Source of the DNA: Methanobacteriota archaeon | Lineage (GTDB): Archaea; Thermoplasmatota; Thermoplasmata; SG8-5; DAIRED01 | Length of the DNA: 36,808 nt | Assembly (NCBI GenBank): GCA_043799545.1 | Contig: JAZDNO010000011.1 | Location: 1 to 36,808 of the forward strand | Reading direction: 5' to 3' | Shown here: positions 9,607-18,989 of the stretch, in pieces | How positions within the stretch are numbered: the stretch's first letter is position 1 | Layout: each line of letters begins with the position of its first letter | Notes under the pieces: model-generated | Seen by the model: only the letters and a program-made list of their open reading frames with translations | Databases searched by the model: none | Told to the model about the DNA's origin: nothing | Translations under genes and position numbers: made by a program

Positions 9607-10845
9607 TTACATAAGCTTGTTGTACGCTTCCCGCGTCTGCTGGGCGATTTTTCCCCAGGTGAACCTTTCGAGAACGGTTTCACGCGCCCGGGCTCCCAAC
9701 TCCCTGCGCTTCTTTTCGTCACCAAGCAACGAAATGATGCCATCTGCCAGCAGTTCGGGGTTTCGCGGCTCCGCGAGCACCCCGCTCTTGCCGTTCTCGA
9801 TGGCCTCCGGGATGCCGCAGATGCCGCTCCCGACTACGGGCACGCCGGAACTCATCGCCTCCAGCATCCTGAACGGGAAGTTCTCGTACAAGGTCGGCAT
9901 GGCGTAAACGGAAGCCCGGGCGTAGAGCGCGGGAAGCTGGTCGTAGGGAATGTATCCCAGGAAACTGTACTTGTCCTTTCCGACGCCCGCATCATTGAGC
10001 ATCTTTATCCAGCCTTCGTTGTCCTTGGAGCCGGCGAATGCGAAGTGCGCGCCCTTGTGCTCCCGCAGGACCTTCGGTATTGCCTGGATGAGCGTGTCGG
10101 CTCCCTTGACCTTCGTCATCCTCGAGGTGTAGAGAACGACTGGCGACGCGACATCCGGCAGCAGCTCGGCGTCCTTCGCCTTCTCTGGCGAATACCTTTT
10201 CGGGTCGACGCCGTTGTATATCACATCTACAGGATTTTTCAGCCATGGAAGCTCGGAGGCTATCTCCTTCTTCATCCATTCCGAAACCGTGATGCAGCGG
10301 TCCGCGCCCTTCAGCGACCTCCTCTCCGCGAACCTGAGGAACGGGTAGAGCGCGACCTGCCATTTCTCCGAAGGGTGCAGAGAGCCGAATCCGGAGCCGC
10401 ACATCTCTATGCCCCGCCTCTGGCCCGCGATGGTAGTGTGTATCGTCGTGATTATCGGCATCCTCCAAGCCTTAGGCTTGAGGGTTTTGTAGAGCACGTC
10501 CGACATGTGCGCGTGCTGGGAATGGACGAGCGCCTCGCCGTGCTCCCTTCGGAACCGCGGCAACGCCGTCAGCAGCTTGGCCTGGAACCTCGCGTTGTAG
10601 ACGAAGCTGTCCTTCGCAGTCATCAGCGCGTGGACGCGGACTTTGTTCGAAAAGTATTGCTCCATCTCCGCCTGTGTGAATTCCTTGCCCTTGCCGACCT
10701 CGGTCTGCCTCCGGACCGTGAAGACGTGCAGGTCGACACCGTCCATCTTCGACAGGTGCCGCGCGAGTTCGATGCAGTACGTGCCCACCCCGCCCCAGTT
10801 TGGCAGGAACTCCGGCGCGAGCATCGCGATTCGCAATCGGTCCAT
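9607..10845 (-). CDS. Glycosyltransferase family 4
   Basis: APEFLPNWGGVG, VIYNGVD, YENFPFRMLEAMSSGVPVVGS, GIPEAI. Confidence 0.93.
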   Translation of the reverse strand: MDRLRIAMLAPEFLPNWGGVGTYCIELARHLSKMDGVDLHVFTVRRQTEVGKGKEFTQAEMEQYFSNKVRVHALMTAKDSFVYNARFQAKLLTALPRFRREHGEALVHSQHAHMSDVLYKTLKPKAWRMPIITTIHTTIAGQRRGIEMCGSGFGSLHPSEKWQVALYPFLRFAERRSLKGADRCITVSEWMKKEIASELPWLKNPVDVIYNGVDPKRYSPEKAKDAELLPDVASPVVLYTSRMTKVKGADTLIQAIPKVLREHKGAHFAFAGSKDNEGWIKMLNDAGVGKDKYSFLGYIPYDQLPALYARASVYAMPTLYENFPFRMLEAMSSGVPVVGSGICGIPEAIENGKSGVLAEPRNPELLADGIISLLGDEKKRRELGARARETVLERFTWGKIAQQTREAYNKLM

Positions 10846-10931
10846 CGGCTTTGGGAGGGCGCGAGGATATTAAATGGTTTCCGGACGCTCCTCAGAAAAG
10901 AATAAATACGCTCGCGCTGTAGGCCGACTTC

Positions 10932-11870
10932 ATGCGTTACCTCGTCACGGGCGGAGCCGGTTTTATCGGGAGCCACCTCGCTGAGGCGCTCTCGAAGGGG
11001 AACGAAGTCGTGGTCCTGGACAACCTCAGCTCCGGAAAGCGGGAATTCATCAAGCCGCTGGAGAAGGGGAAGGGCTTCGAGTTCGTCAAGGGCGACCTGC
11101 TCAAGCCCAAGGATGTGGAGAAGGCCCTGGAAGGCGTCGATTTCGTGTACCACATCGCCGCGAACCCGGACATCCGGTACGGCATTTCCGTGACGGACAC
11201 CGACCTGAAGCAGGGCACGGTGGCGACCTACAACCTACTCGAAGCCATGAGGAAGGCGGGGGTGGGGAAGATTGCGTTCTCCTCCAGCTCCACGGTCTAC
11301 GGCGAGCCGTCTGTCGTTCCGGTGCCGGAGGACTACGGGCCGCTGATGCCGATATCGCTCTACGGCGCCTCGAAGCTCGGGGCCGAAGGCCTCATCACGT
11401 CATTCTCGCACACCTTCGACATGCAGGCGTGGATATTCCGCTTCGCGAACGTCATCGGCCCGCGAGGGACGCACGGTGTGATTTTCGACTTCATCCAGAA
11501 GCTCAAGGGAGACCCGAAGAACCTCGAGATACTCGGCGACGGCACGCAGAGCAAGTCTTACCTCATGGTCGACGACGTCGTTGACGCGATGAGGTTCGGC
11601 GTGGCCAAGTCTAGGGCGCAGACGAACATCTACAACCTCGGCGCGATGAACTGGGTCACGGTGGCCCGAATCGGGGAGATTGTCGTGGAGGAGTGCGGCC
11701 TGAAGAAAGTCAAGATAAACTACACCGGCGGGAAGCGCGGGTGGAAGGGCGACGTTCCGAAGATAATGCTCGACCCGGCGAAGATGGCGAAGCTGGGATG
11801 GAAGGCCAGCAGAACCTCCGAAGCCTCCGTGAGGCTCGCCACGAAATCGCTCGTCAAGGAGCTTTGGTGA
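10932..11870 (+). CDS. NAD-dependent NDP-sugar epimerase/dehydratase (extended SDR, GalE-like)
   Basis: LVTGGAGFIGSH Rossmann motif, FSSSSTVYG, YGASK catalytic motif. Confidence 0.93.
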   Translation: MRYLVTGGAGFIGSHLAEALSKGNEVVVLDNLSSGKREFIKPLEKGKGFEFVKGDLLKPKDVEKALEGVDFVYHIAANPDIRYGISVTDTDLKQGTVATYNLLEAMRKAGVGKIAFSSSSTVYGEPSVVPVPEDYGPLMPISLYGASKLGAEGLITSFSHTFDMQAWIFRFANVIGPRGTHGVIFDFIQKLKGDPKNLEILGDGTQSKSYLMVDDVVDAMRFGVAKSRAQTNIYNLGAMNWVTVARIGEIVVEECGLKKVKINYTGGKRGWKGDVPKIMLDPAKMAKLGWKASRTSEASVRLATKSLVKELW

Positions 11871-11874
11871 CCGG

Positions 11875-12270
11875 ATGGCCTCGGTGAGAATCTCCGCGCC
11901 AGTCCACCCGACAGAGAACCCGTCTGCCATCGACCAGGCAATCCGCTCCATCTTCCCCGATGCCGTGCTGTCATTCGAGCATCGTTGCATCTCCGGGACC
12001 GCCTCGTCCCTCTCCCGCCTCGCGGAGGTCATATCGAACCACCGCATACGAGACTCGGCGCGCGCGGTCTTGCTCCGTAACGTAAAAGGCAACTCGTGCC
12101 GCTTCCACCTTTCCAAGCAGGCCGCCACCGTCGGCAAGGCCAGTTTCACAGACGGGGACTCGGTCCTCGGGGACATCGAGGTGACGATGGAGTCGGAGGA
12201 CATCCTCGCCGCGATAGACTCCGTGGCCCGGTCGACCCGCCTTTTCAAATCCTCGGAGGCGCGGGAATGA
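11875..12270 (+). CDS. UPF0201/DUF54 archaeal putative RNA-binding protein
   Basis: 131 aa; ISAPVHPTEN...AIRSIFP...IRDSARAVL...LSKQAATVGKASF...LGDIEV pattern of this archaeal family. Confidence 0.8.
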   Translation: MASVRISAPVHPTENPSAIDQAIRSIFPDAVLSFEHRCISGTASSLSRLAEVISNHRIRDSARAVLLRNVKGNSCRFHLSKQAATVGKASFTDGDSVLGDIEVTMESEDILAAIDSVARSTRLFKSSEARE

Positions 12271-13013
12271 TTGGCGTTTCGCTCCCGCGCGAATGCTTCC
12301 GTCCGTTCGGAGAGGTCCTTTCCGAGATTCGCGGCAAGTTCGGACTCTGGGAGGTCGTGTCCGAGATGGACCACGACGTGAGGCATGTCTCCGGCGCGAT
12401 GTCCTGCGTGCCTGAAATTGCGTTCCAGGTGCACGCGCCCTTCAGCGACATCAATCTCGCAAGCCTCAACATCCGTCACAGGGAGCAGGCAATCACCGCA
12501 ATCTCCGAGACCATCCAGCGCTCCGCAGACGCAGGTGCTAAAGTCGTCACGGTCCACCCGGGCATAGTCTCGCCCATGGGCTCGTACCATCCCGAAAAAG
12601 CGTTTGAAGCCTCGGCGAGGAGCCTCAAGTCCCTCGCCCCGATAGCCGAGGATTCCGGAATCGTTCTCGCAGTCGAAAACATGCCGCATGCAGGCTGGGC
12701 GTTCATGACAACCGCCGAAGAAGCCCGAAAGGTCTGCGAGGGGACGGGGCTCGGGCTGTGCTTCGACATCGGGCACGCGCACATCGCGGGGACGGAGGCG
12801 GAGTTCTTCGAGCTGGCGGACCTCTTCGCAAACGTCCACCTCCATGACAACAACGGGGGCCGCGACGAGCACCTCACTGTCGGCGACGGGGGGGCGGACT
12901 TCGCGGGGCTGCGGAAGGTTCTCGGGCGATACCGGGGGAACGTCGTAATCGAGGGTCGGAGCCTCGAAAGCGCGGTCGAGAGCAAGAAACGTCTCGAGGC
13001 TATGGGATTCTGA
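12267..13013 (+). CDS. Sugar-phosphate isomerase/epimerase (xylose isomerase-like / AP endonuclease 2 TIM barrel)
   Basis: Start placed at ATG 12267 (ATGA overlap). VHAPFSDINLAS, VTVHPG, AVENMP, FDIGHAH, VHLHDNNGGRDEHL, VVIEG metal motifs. Confidence 0.85.
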   Translation: MIGVSLPRECFRPFGEVLSEIRGKFGLWEVVSEMDHDVRHVSGAMSCVPEIAFQVHAPFSDINLASLNIRHREQAITAISETIQRSADAGAKVVTVHPGIVSPMGSYHPEKAFEASARSLKSLAPIAEDSGIVLAVENMPHAGWAFMTTAEEARKVCEGTGLGLCFDIGHAHIAGTEAEFFELADLFANVHLHDNNGGRDEHLTVGDGGADFAGLRKVLGRYRGNVVIEGRSLESAVESKKRLEAMGF

Positions 13014-13093
13014 GGACGCTGGCTCGTGCCAATTCTGATTCTCACGAGCGATAATTATAAATGCCAGCAGAGAAAATCTTATATGTTTTGCGT

Positions 13094-13110
13094 GGGAAAC
13101 CCTTTTATAC
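13094..13110 (+). promoter_or_regulatory. Putative archaeal BRE + TATA box for array gene P1
   Basis: GGGAAAC-CC-TTTTATAC about 60 nt upstream of ATG 13167, with RBS-like GTGAGGGG before the start. The same TTTATA core precedes P2 and P3. Confidence 0.5.
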
Positions 13111-13166
13111 GGCGAAGAACATAACTTCCGTTAGAGCCTAGATTTGGGCAAAGTGAGGGGTATAAA

Positions 13167-14360
13167 ATGAAGATTTTGAAGAACGCGGCGGCATTGGCGA
13201 TAACCGTGAGCATGATGCTGGCGGCCTTCGCGGCTGTGCCAGTCGTGGGAATCGATGTGCCGAGCCCGCAGACGGACACGGGAACGATAACTGTGAACAC
13301 GGTGTATCCGCACATCTACGATTTCGATTTGACCGTGGGCAACGGGGGCGGGCTGAGCGCGATGAACTCCCAGATAGACGTGGACGATGGAACGATGGCG
13401 TCCGTATACACCCTGGAGGCGCAGGGCTGGTACGTGCCAGGCGGAAACCGCGTGGATGTGGTGAACGTGTGGATGTGGTTCGACGACGGTGCGACGCTCA
13501 CGGATGATTCCGGCTCAATCGGCGCACCGTGGGGACCGAACCGCGGCGTGCAGTTCACGTACGACGCAAATGCCGTGCCGACTTTCCAGATAACGAGCCT
13601 GGGATACACGGAGGAATGGCTCCTCGACGACGGGGTGGCGCTTTCCGACTTCGGCTCCAGCGGCCAGATGTGGTGGTGCAACTTCACGTTCATACCGATG
13701 GAGCAGGTCTGGGCAGCGAGCGGCGGGTTCACGCAGCTGCCGGGTAACATATACGGTGGCGGCAACGAGACGCAGAGGGACGCTGACAACGCCGACCCCC
13801 GCGACGCACTGGACGACGCCAACACATGGGATGTCAAGGTGATAGCCAGCGATTCGACGGTCTTGGCTGACAGCATGCCATCGTTCGACGAGTACGGCTA
13901 CTACATCTTCAGCGCCATCAACACCGTAGGCTGGATTGGCGGCGGCGACGTGACGGGAAACGGCCCGCCGAGCACGCCGGGCGTGGGGTTGAACCCGAGC
14001 GCCTACGACTGGGTCTGGTCCGCCAACATCCAGTACGATTTGATGGTCAGCATCGACGCCGACCTGGCAGGTGTGGCAGTCCCGGCAAACACGATCCCGG
14101 TGACGGCCATTTACATCGTGGGCGGCGAGCGGGCATTGGGCACATTCTCAGCTGCGGCCACCGACCAGTACATCTTGGGCGACCAATTGGCCAACACCGG
14201 CGAACAGCCCGTCGAATTCCTGAGGACCACGACGACGCAGTCGGGGGCGGGAGACGGCACGGGCGGCGGATTCCAGGTTTCCTGGCTTTGCGACATACCC
14301 GGAGTGCCGGAAGACACATACCAGGCGACGATAACGTACACTCTCGCAACGGACCCGTAA
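13167..14360 (+). CDS. Array P1: secreted protein, signal peptide plus shared C-terminal module only (397 aa)
   Basis: Sec-type signal (MKILKNAAALAITVSMMLAAFAAVPVVG), then directly VNTVYPHI, NSQIDVDDG, FDEYGYY and WLCDIPGVPEDTYQATITYTL, the motifs shared with P2-P8. Confidence 0.85.
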   Translation: MKILKNAAALAITVSMMLAAFAAVPVVGIDVPSPQTDTGTITVNTVYPHIYDFDLTVGNGGGLSAMNSQIDVDDGTMASVYTLEAQGWYVPGGNRVDVVNVWMWFDDGATLTDDSGSIGAPWGPNRGVQFTYDANAVPTFQITSLGYTEEWLLDDGVALSDFGSSGQMWWCNFTFIPMEQVWAASGGFTQLPGNIYGGGNETQRDADNADPRDALDDANTWDVKVIASDSTVLADSMPSFDEYGYYIFSAINTVGWIGGGDVTGNGPPSTPGVGLNPSAYDWVWSANIQYDLMVSIDADLAGVAVPANTIPVTAIYIVGGERALGTFSAAATDQYILGDQLANTGEQPVEFLRTTTTQSGAGDGTGGGFQVSWLCDIPGVPEDTYQATITYTLATDP

Positions 14361-14382
14361 GAGTCCGGTTGAAAGTGGCAAA

Positions 14383-14432
14383 ACCCTTTTCCCTTTACTT
14401 TTCATTTATTCAAAATTTAAATTTCATTTTCA
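14383..14432 (+). terminator. T-rich tract after P1, putative archaeal oligo-T terminator
   Basis: CCCTTTTCCCTTTACTTTTCATTTATT...TTTCATTTT directly after the P1 stop, in an otherwise GC-rich region. Confidence 0.45.
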
Positions 14433-14440
14433 CTCAGTAA

Positions 14441-14450
14441 TTATTTATAC
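14441..14450 (+). promoter_or_regulatory. Putative TATA box for P2
   Basis: TTATTTATAC about 35-40 nt upstream of ATG 14485; GAGGG RBS at 14474-14478. Confidence 0.45.
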
Positions 14451-14484
14451 GGGCACGTTCATTTAACGAGCAAGAGGGTTTCGC

Positions 14485-16669
14485 ATGAATTACGCAAGGT
14501 TGTTGGCGCTGTGCCTCACGGTCGCGATGGTTTTCTCCGGAGCGGTCTCGATGTCTCCATCGGTCAAGGCGGCCGACACCACCAGCCAGTGGTTCAGCGT
14601 GATACCCGGTGCGCCAGGCGTGGAATTCAGGGACGCGGAGTGGGCGCCAGGGGGGAGCCACGCGCTCTTCGTCGGCTACGATTCCGGGCCAGGACGCGGT
14701 AGCGCCTGGTGGTACAACCCTCTCGACGAATCATGGTACGACATCACGCTCACCAACGGCTCCTCGGACGGCCTCGAGCTGGAAACGGTGGAATTCTGGA
14801 ACGACTGCATGGTCGCCATGGGTGATTGCGGCCCGGCGGGGACGTGGTTCTACACGAACAAGACCAACAACCTGCTGGAGGCGAAGACGGATTTCGCCCT
14901 GGTCGGCGCCTACATCTACGATTTGATGTACATCGGCGGCACGATGTTCGCCTTCGGCCAGAACACCACGGCGGGGTATGCGATGTGCTGGTACAACAAC
15001 GGGACGGGCTGGCAGCACAGCTGGGGCGCTCCGAGCCACGCATCGAGCGTTTACTACGGGGCGGACTGGTACGCCTACGGACCGAACGTCAGCATATTCA
15101 TGGTCGGTTCGTGGGACGACGCCGGCACCACGCGCGGCCTATATCAGGAGTACAACGTCACCCCGATGAACATCACGACGATATCCGATACCTTCGAACT
15201 GGAGTTCACGGACATCGAGCTGGACGCCTCGAACGCGACTTATCCGAGGATGCTGATTACCGCAGGCGGGAGGGGGGCAGGAATGGCTGCGCTCTTCGTG
15301 GCCAAGTCCATTGGAGGATTGGCGTTCCATAACCTTGTTGGCATCGGCGACATACCCCTGATAACCAATCTGATGGGAATCGATGTGGACGAGCACGGGA
15401 CCGCGGTGGCCGTCGGGATCGAATCGGCCTACGGAGTCATTTACAGTATATATCGGGCCGGGGGCAGCACGGTCGTGATGAAGAGGAGCGACACCAGCAC
15501 GATGTTCTCGGGAAAGGTGTTCAGAGACGTCAGGATCCGTCCGTTCGGCGTCCAGATGGCGCTGACTGTCGGCTCGGCCTTCAAGTACTCGTACACGTCG
15601 ATACTCTCGCCGATCCGGGTGGACGCGTCGACGCCGCACATCAGCTACATAACGATGTGGCCGATAAGCGACCCTTCGAAGGAGGTCCTTAACCACCAGA
15701 TAGACGTCGACGACGGCTCGTCCGCGACCCAGTACACGCTCTCGGTCTGCATATGGGACAACCTCGGAATAGACCACGTCACTGCCATGAACATCTGGAT
15801 GTGGTACGACATGGGCCTCACGGGCGTTGACGCCCCGGCGGTCTTCGACGACGCGGACCTGGCGAACCAGCGCATCCGCTTTTCCATCAGCAACGGCGCG
15901 GGGGGCGGCGCTCCAATTCCCGCTCTCCGGCGAGACGACCCTGGTTGGCGGAGGGTGGGAGGAGTCCGGCACCTACGCCTGGGTGAACATCACATTCTCC
16001 CCGCACGAGCAGGTCCGGTGGGCCGACAGCGACATGGGAATCTGGAACCAGGACGTCACGACGGACTGGCGGTACGACGGCGACACGAGCGGCGGCTGGA
16101 ACCCCGAGGACCAGAGCGACAACTCCGGTTTCGCCCCGCTTGACGAGGACCTCACCTGGGACATCAAGGTCCAGATTGAGGACGACTCCCCCGTGACGAA
16201 CTACGCCCGCGCATACGACGAGTTCGGCTTCTTCAAGTACACCTACCTGGGCAACGCTGGTATTGTGAACGGAGGCAGCGTCTATGGCTCGGGGGCACCG
16301 AACACTAACGATGTCGCGCTCTCGCCATCGAACGTGAACATCACGTTCAGGGCCAATTGCCCCTACAGGCTCGGCGTGCAGCTCATGGGCGACCTTAACG
16401 GATTGGCGGTTCCGGCCAACACCATCGACGGCGACGCCGTCAGCATACAGGGCGGGGACGCGGCAAGGACTTACTTTGCCGCGGGAGGCAGCACGATATA
16501 CCTCATCGGACCCGCGCTGAACCAGGACCCGCTCGGGAGCGGCAGATTCACGACCACCAGCACTTACGACTCGGACCCGGATTGGGATCCGGTTTTCTGG
16601 TGGTGCGACATCCCTGGAGTGCCCGAAGACCAGTACAGCGACAGCCTGACGTACTCTCTATCGAGCTGA
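14485..16669 (+). pseudogene. Array P2: secreted propeller-head + shared-module protein, split by a +1 frameshift (real mutation or sequence error)
   Basis: ORF 14485-16143 has the signal peptide, head and first half of the module; the overlapping frame (15827-16669) holds the rest. Removing one G from the G6 run at 15900-15905 gives one 727-aa ORF colinear with the paralogs. Confidence 0.85.
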
Positions 16670-16713
16670 GGGGCTGTGCACTGGATCAAGGCGCTCGATG
16701 AGGGGCTGAGTTC

Positions 16714-16733
16714 TTCCGTCTCAACCGACGGAA
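16714..16733. repeat. Perfect 7-bp inverted repeat (TTCCGTC-N6-GACGGAA) between P2 and P3
   Basis: Seen directly; could be a hairpin or an operator. Confidence 0.5.
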
Positions 16734-16752
16734 TCGCAAACGGTCCTTCAGT

Positions 16753-16769
16753 CGAAGCTTATTTATAGA
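16753..16769 (+). promoter_or_regulatory. Putative BRE + TATA box for P3 (and the coupled P3-P6 block)
   Basis: CGAAGCTTATTTATAGA about 30-37 nt upstream of TTG 16799. Confidence 0.45.
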
Positions 16770-16798
16770 CACGCGAGTATAGCTATTCGAGGGGCTGC

Positions 16799-18979
16799 TT
16801 GCTGAGCGGTTTGAAGGCTTCGCTGGTCATTGTCATTTCTCTGATGGCGGTCACGTCCGCCTTGGTCATCCCGACCGGGACGAAAGCGGCGGACACTTCC
16901 GACGCGCCGGTGACTGAAATTTCGGGGGCGCCAGGAGACGCGAGCTTCTACGACGTGGCTTGGAGCCCGGACGGCAAGTTCGCCCTCTGGGTCGGTGCCG
17001 ACGGCGGCACCGGGAGGGGCTGCATTTACAGGTACGATCCGTCCGCGTCAGGAGCCGGAGCATGGCAGATGCTTTTCGTTTTCGGGGCAGACCCGTCCGC
17101 TGGCTTGATCAGGGCCATCGCTTACGTGCCGTGGGAGGGCGTATTCGTCGCACTCGCCTTCGGCGACCCATCCGGATTCTGGTATGAGGTCAACAGCGAC
17201 GGTTCGAACATATGGGAGTTCTCGGACGCGACGCTGGTGAATAACTACATTTACGACGTGGTTCTGGACAACGCCAACGGCAGGCTCCTCGCGGTGGGCC
17301 AGGATATGAACCCGGCGTACGGGGGCGTCTGCTATCAATTGTGGAGCGGTTCGTCGGACTGGACGATACTGTTCTACGACGGCAATCCGAACGCAGCCCT
17401 GGTCGGTGTGGCGTGGGATCCATATTACGGATACATTTACGCCGTGGGATACGACAGCGACGTGGGTTGCGGACTGTATTACCGCTACACGGGAACCCTC
17501 GATTGGGCGGGGATGGGGTCTTATCCGAGCGAATACATGGACATGATGTTCTCCGACATCGTGTATTCTCCAACGGCCAGCTCGATGGTGCTGTGCCTGT
17601 CACAGAGGACGTCCGGAATTGCTGGCATCTACTACGGTATCTCCCCTGGCTATGAAAACCTCCAGCCCGTCGGCAGCGAGTCTGACTGGTCGAACATCTA
17701 CATGCAAATGGACATAGACTCGTCCGGAACGATAATAGCGGTCGGTTACCTCGACGGCGTCGATTACGGTCGAATCCACAGGATTTGGCGCGACGCGTTC
17801 ACAAACGGTTGGCACGTATCGCAGGCGTCAACGGATGGGGCATCGATGATGGGCTACAACTTCCTCTCGGTCGCAATCCGCCCCGCGCGCATCCCGATGG
17901 CCCTCATCGCCGGGAGCGCCTTCGTCTACCACTACACCTCCGCCAACTCCGGCGTCCAGGTCAACGCCGCCTACCCGCACATAAACTACGTTGACATTTT
18001 CGCCGCTGGCACTTCCACGAGCTACGTCAACAGCCCCGTCGACGTCGACGACGGGTCGAACACCATCGGCTACGACGTGACAGTGAGCGTCTATCACTCT
18101 GCTGGCCAGGGCTACATTACGAACGCCGAGGTGAGCCTCTTCAGGGACGGCGGGACGAACGAGTCCATGCCCTGGTGGGGCGCGGGCGGGTACGCAGCCG
18201 TGGATTATGGGAACATGAGGGCGCGGTACGTCTGGAACAGAGGATCTCCCGACACCTGGTCGGTGATATGCCCGACCATTACGGGGAGCGAGGAGATAAC
18301 CCTCGTGCCATCCGAATGCTCGCGCGTGGACGAGCCCGACGGTCAGAACGTCACAATCAAGTTCCGGGTTTACTTCCACCAGCAGGCTCGGGCGGCGCTG
18401 GGGCCGTTCACCGAGGGCGCTGGCGTGCGCAACGCGAACCAGCATCTCATGTCTGCCTACAACGACTTCGACAGCTGGAACATTTGGTTCAGCGTCGTCG
18501 ATACGGGCGGCGGCATAGACTACGCATACGACGAGTTCGGGATTTACCAATACACCTACATCGGTTCTTCAGGGCTTCCAGGTGGCGGTGCGGTCTCCGG
18601 TTCCGGCGCCCCCGGATTGACGGTCATGCTCTCCCCGACCTCCGACGTCACATACTCCGCCAATTGCCCGTATCGCCTGAGCGCGTCCATCACTGATCTG
18701 ACTGGCGACAACCTCTTCGGGACGATACCGGCCACGTCATTCCAGACCCAGGGAGGAAACCTGCCCGCAAGCTGGATGCCTGGTGCGGACATGCCGATGT
18801 ACTACTACGGCTCGGCAGTGCCTGCGTACCAGAACCCGCTCGACGCGGGACGCACTACCACGTCCAGCACCGGCGACTTCAATCCAGATGCCGATCCGAT
18901 AATATGGTGGTGCGTGATACCGCCAGCCCTTGAAGACCGCTACAGGGGAACGATAACGTACGCGATAAGCCACGGATAG
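16799..18979 (+). CDS. Array P3: secreted propeller-head + shared-module protein (726 aa, TTG start)
   Basis: Signal peptide ending TKA|ADT; GAP...FYDVAWSPDGKFALWVG; AGSAFVY; YPHI; YDEFGIYQYTY; ANCPY; WWCVIPPALEDRYRGTITY. Confidence 0.88.
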   Translation: MLSGLKASLVIVISLMAVTSALVIPTGTKAADTSDAPVTEISGAPGDASFYDVAWSPDGKFALWVGADGGTGRGCIYRYDPSASGAGAWQMLFVFGADPSAGLIRAIAYVPWEGVFVALAFGDPSGFWYEVNSDGSNIWEFSDATLVNNYIYDVVLDNANGRLLAVGQDMNPAYGGVCYQLWSGSSDWTILFYDGNPNAALVGVAWDPYYGYIYAVGYDSDVGCGLYYRYTGTLDWAGMGSYPSEYMDMMFSDIVYSPTASSMVLCLSQRTSGIAGIYYGISPGYENLQPVGSESDWSNIYMQMDIDSSGTIIAVGYLDGVDYGRIHRIWRDAFTNGWHVSQASTDGASMMGYNFLSVAIRPARIPMALIAGSAFVYHYTSANSGVQVNAAYPHINYVDIFAAGTSTSYVNSPVDVDDGSNTIGYDVTVSVYHSAGQGYITNAEVSLFRDGGTNESMPWWGAGGYAAVDYGNMRARYVWNRGSPDTWSVICPTITGSEEITLVPSECSRVDEPDGQNVTIKFRVYFHQQARAALGPFTEGAGVRNANQHLMSAYNDFDSWNIWFSVVDTGGGIDYAYDEFGIYQYTYIGSSGLPGGGAVSGSGAPGLTVMLSPTSDVTYSANCPYRLSASITDLTGDNLFGTIPATSFQTQGGNLPASWMPGADMPMYYYGSAVPAYQNPLDAGRTTTSSTGDFNPDADPIIWWCVIPPALEDRYRGTITYAISHG

Positions 18980-18989
18980 GAGGGAAACG

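Noticed and set aside
11400-12872. 490-aa minus-strand ORF, and the many other long antisense or alternate-frame ORFs in the track
   Set aside because: Shadows of well-supported genes in GC-rich DNA; low-complexity R/G/P-rich translations with no recognisable motifs.
12887-12893. G7 run in the TIM-barrel gene (and T8 at 8860-8867 in the radical SAM gene) as phase-variation sites
   Set aside because: Both genes are in frame and intact; such runs are expected from Gly and Lys codons.
14413-14424. 12-bp palindrome AAATTTAAATTT upstream of the P2 TATA box
   Set aside because: Low-complexity and inside an AT-rich terminator-like tract; no second copy seen, so it cannot be supported as an operator.
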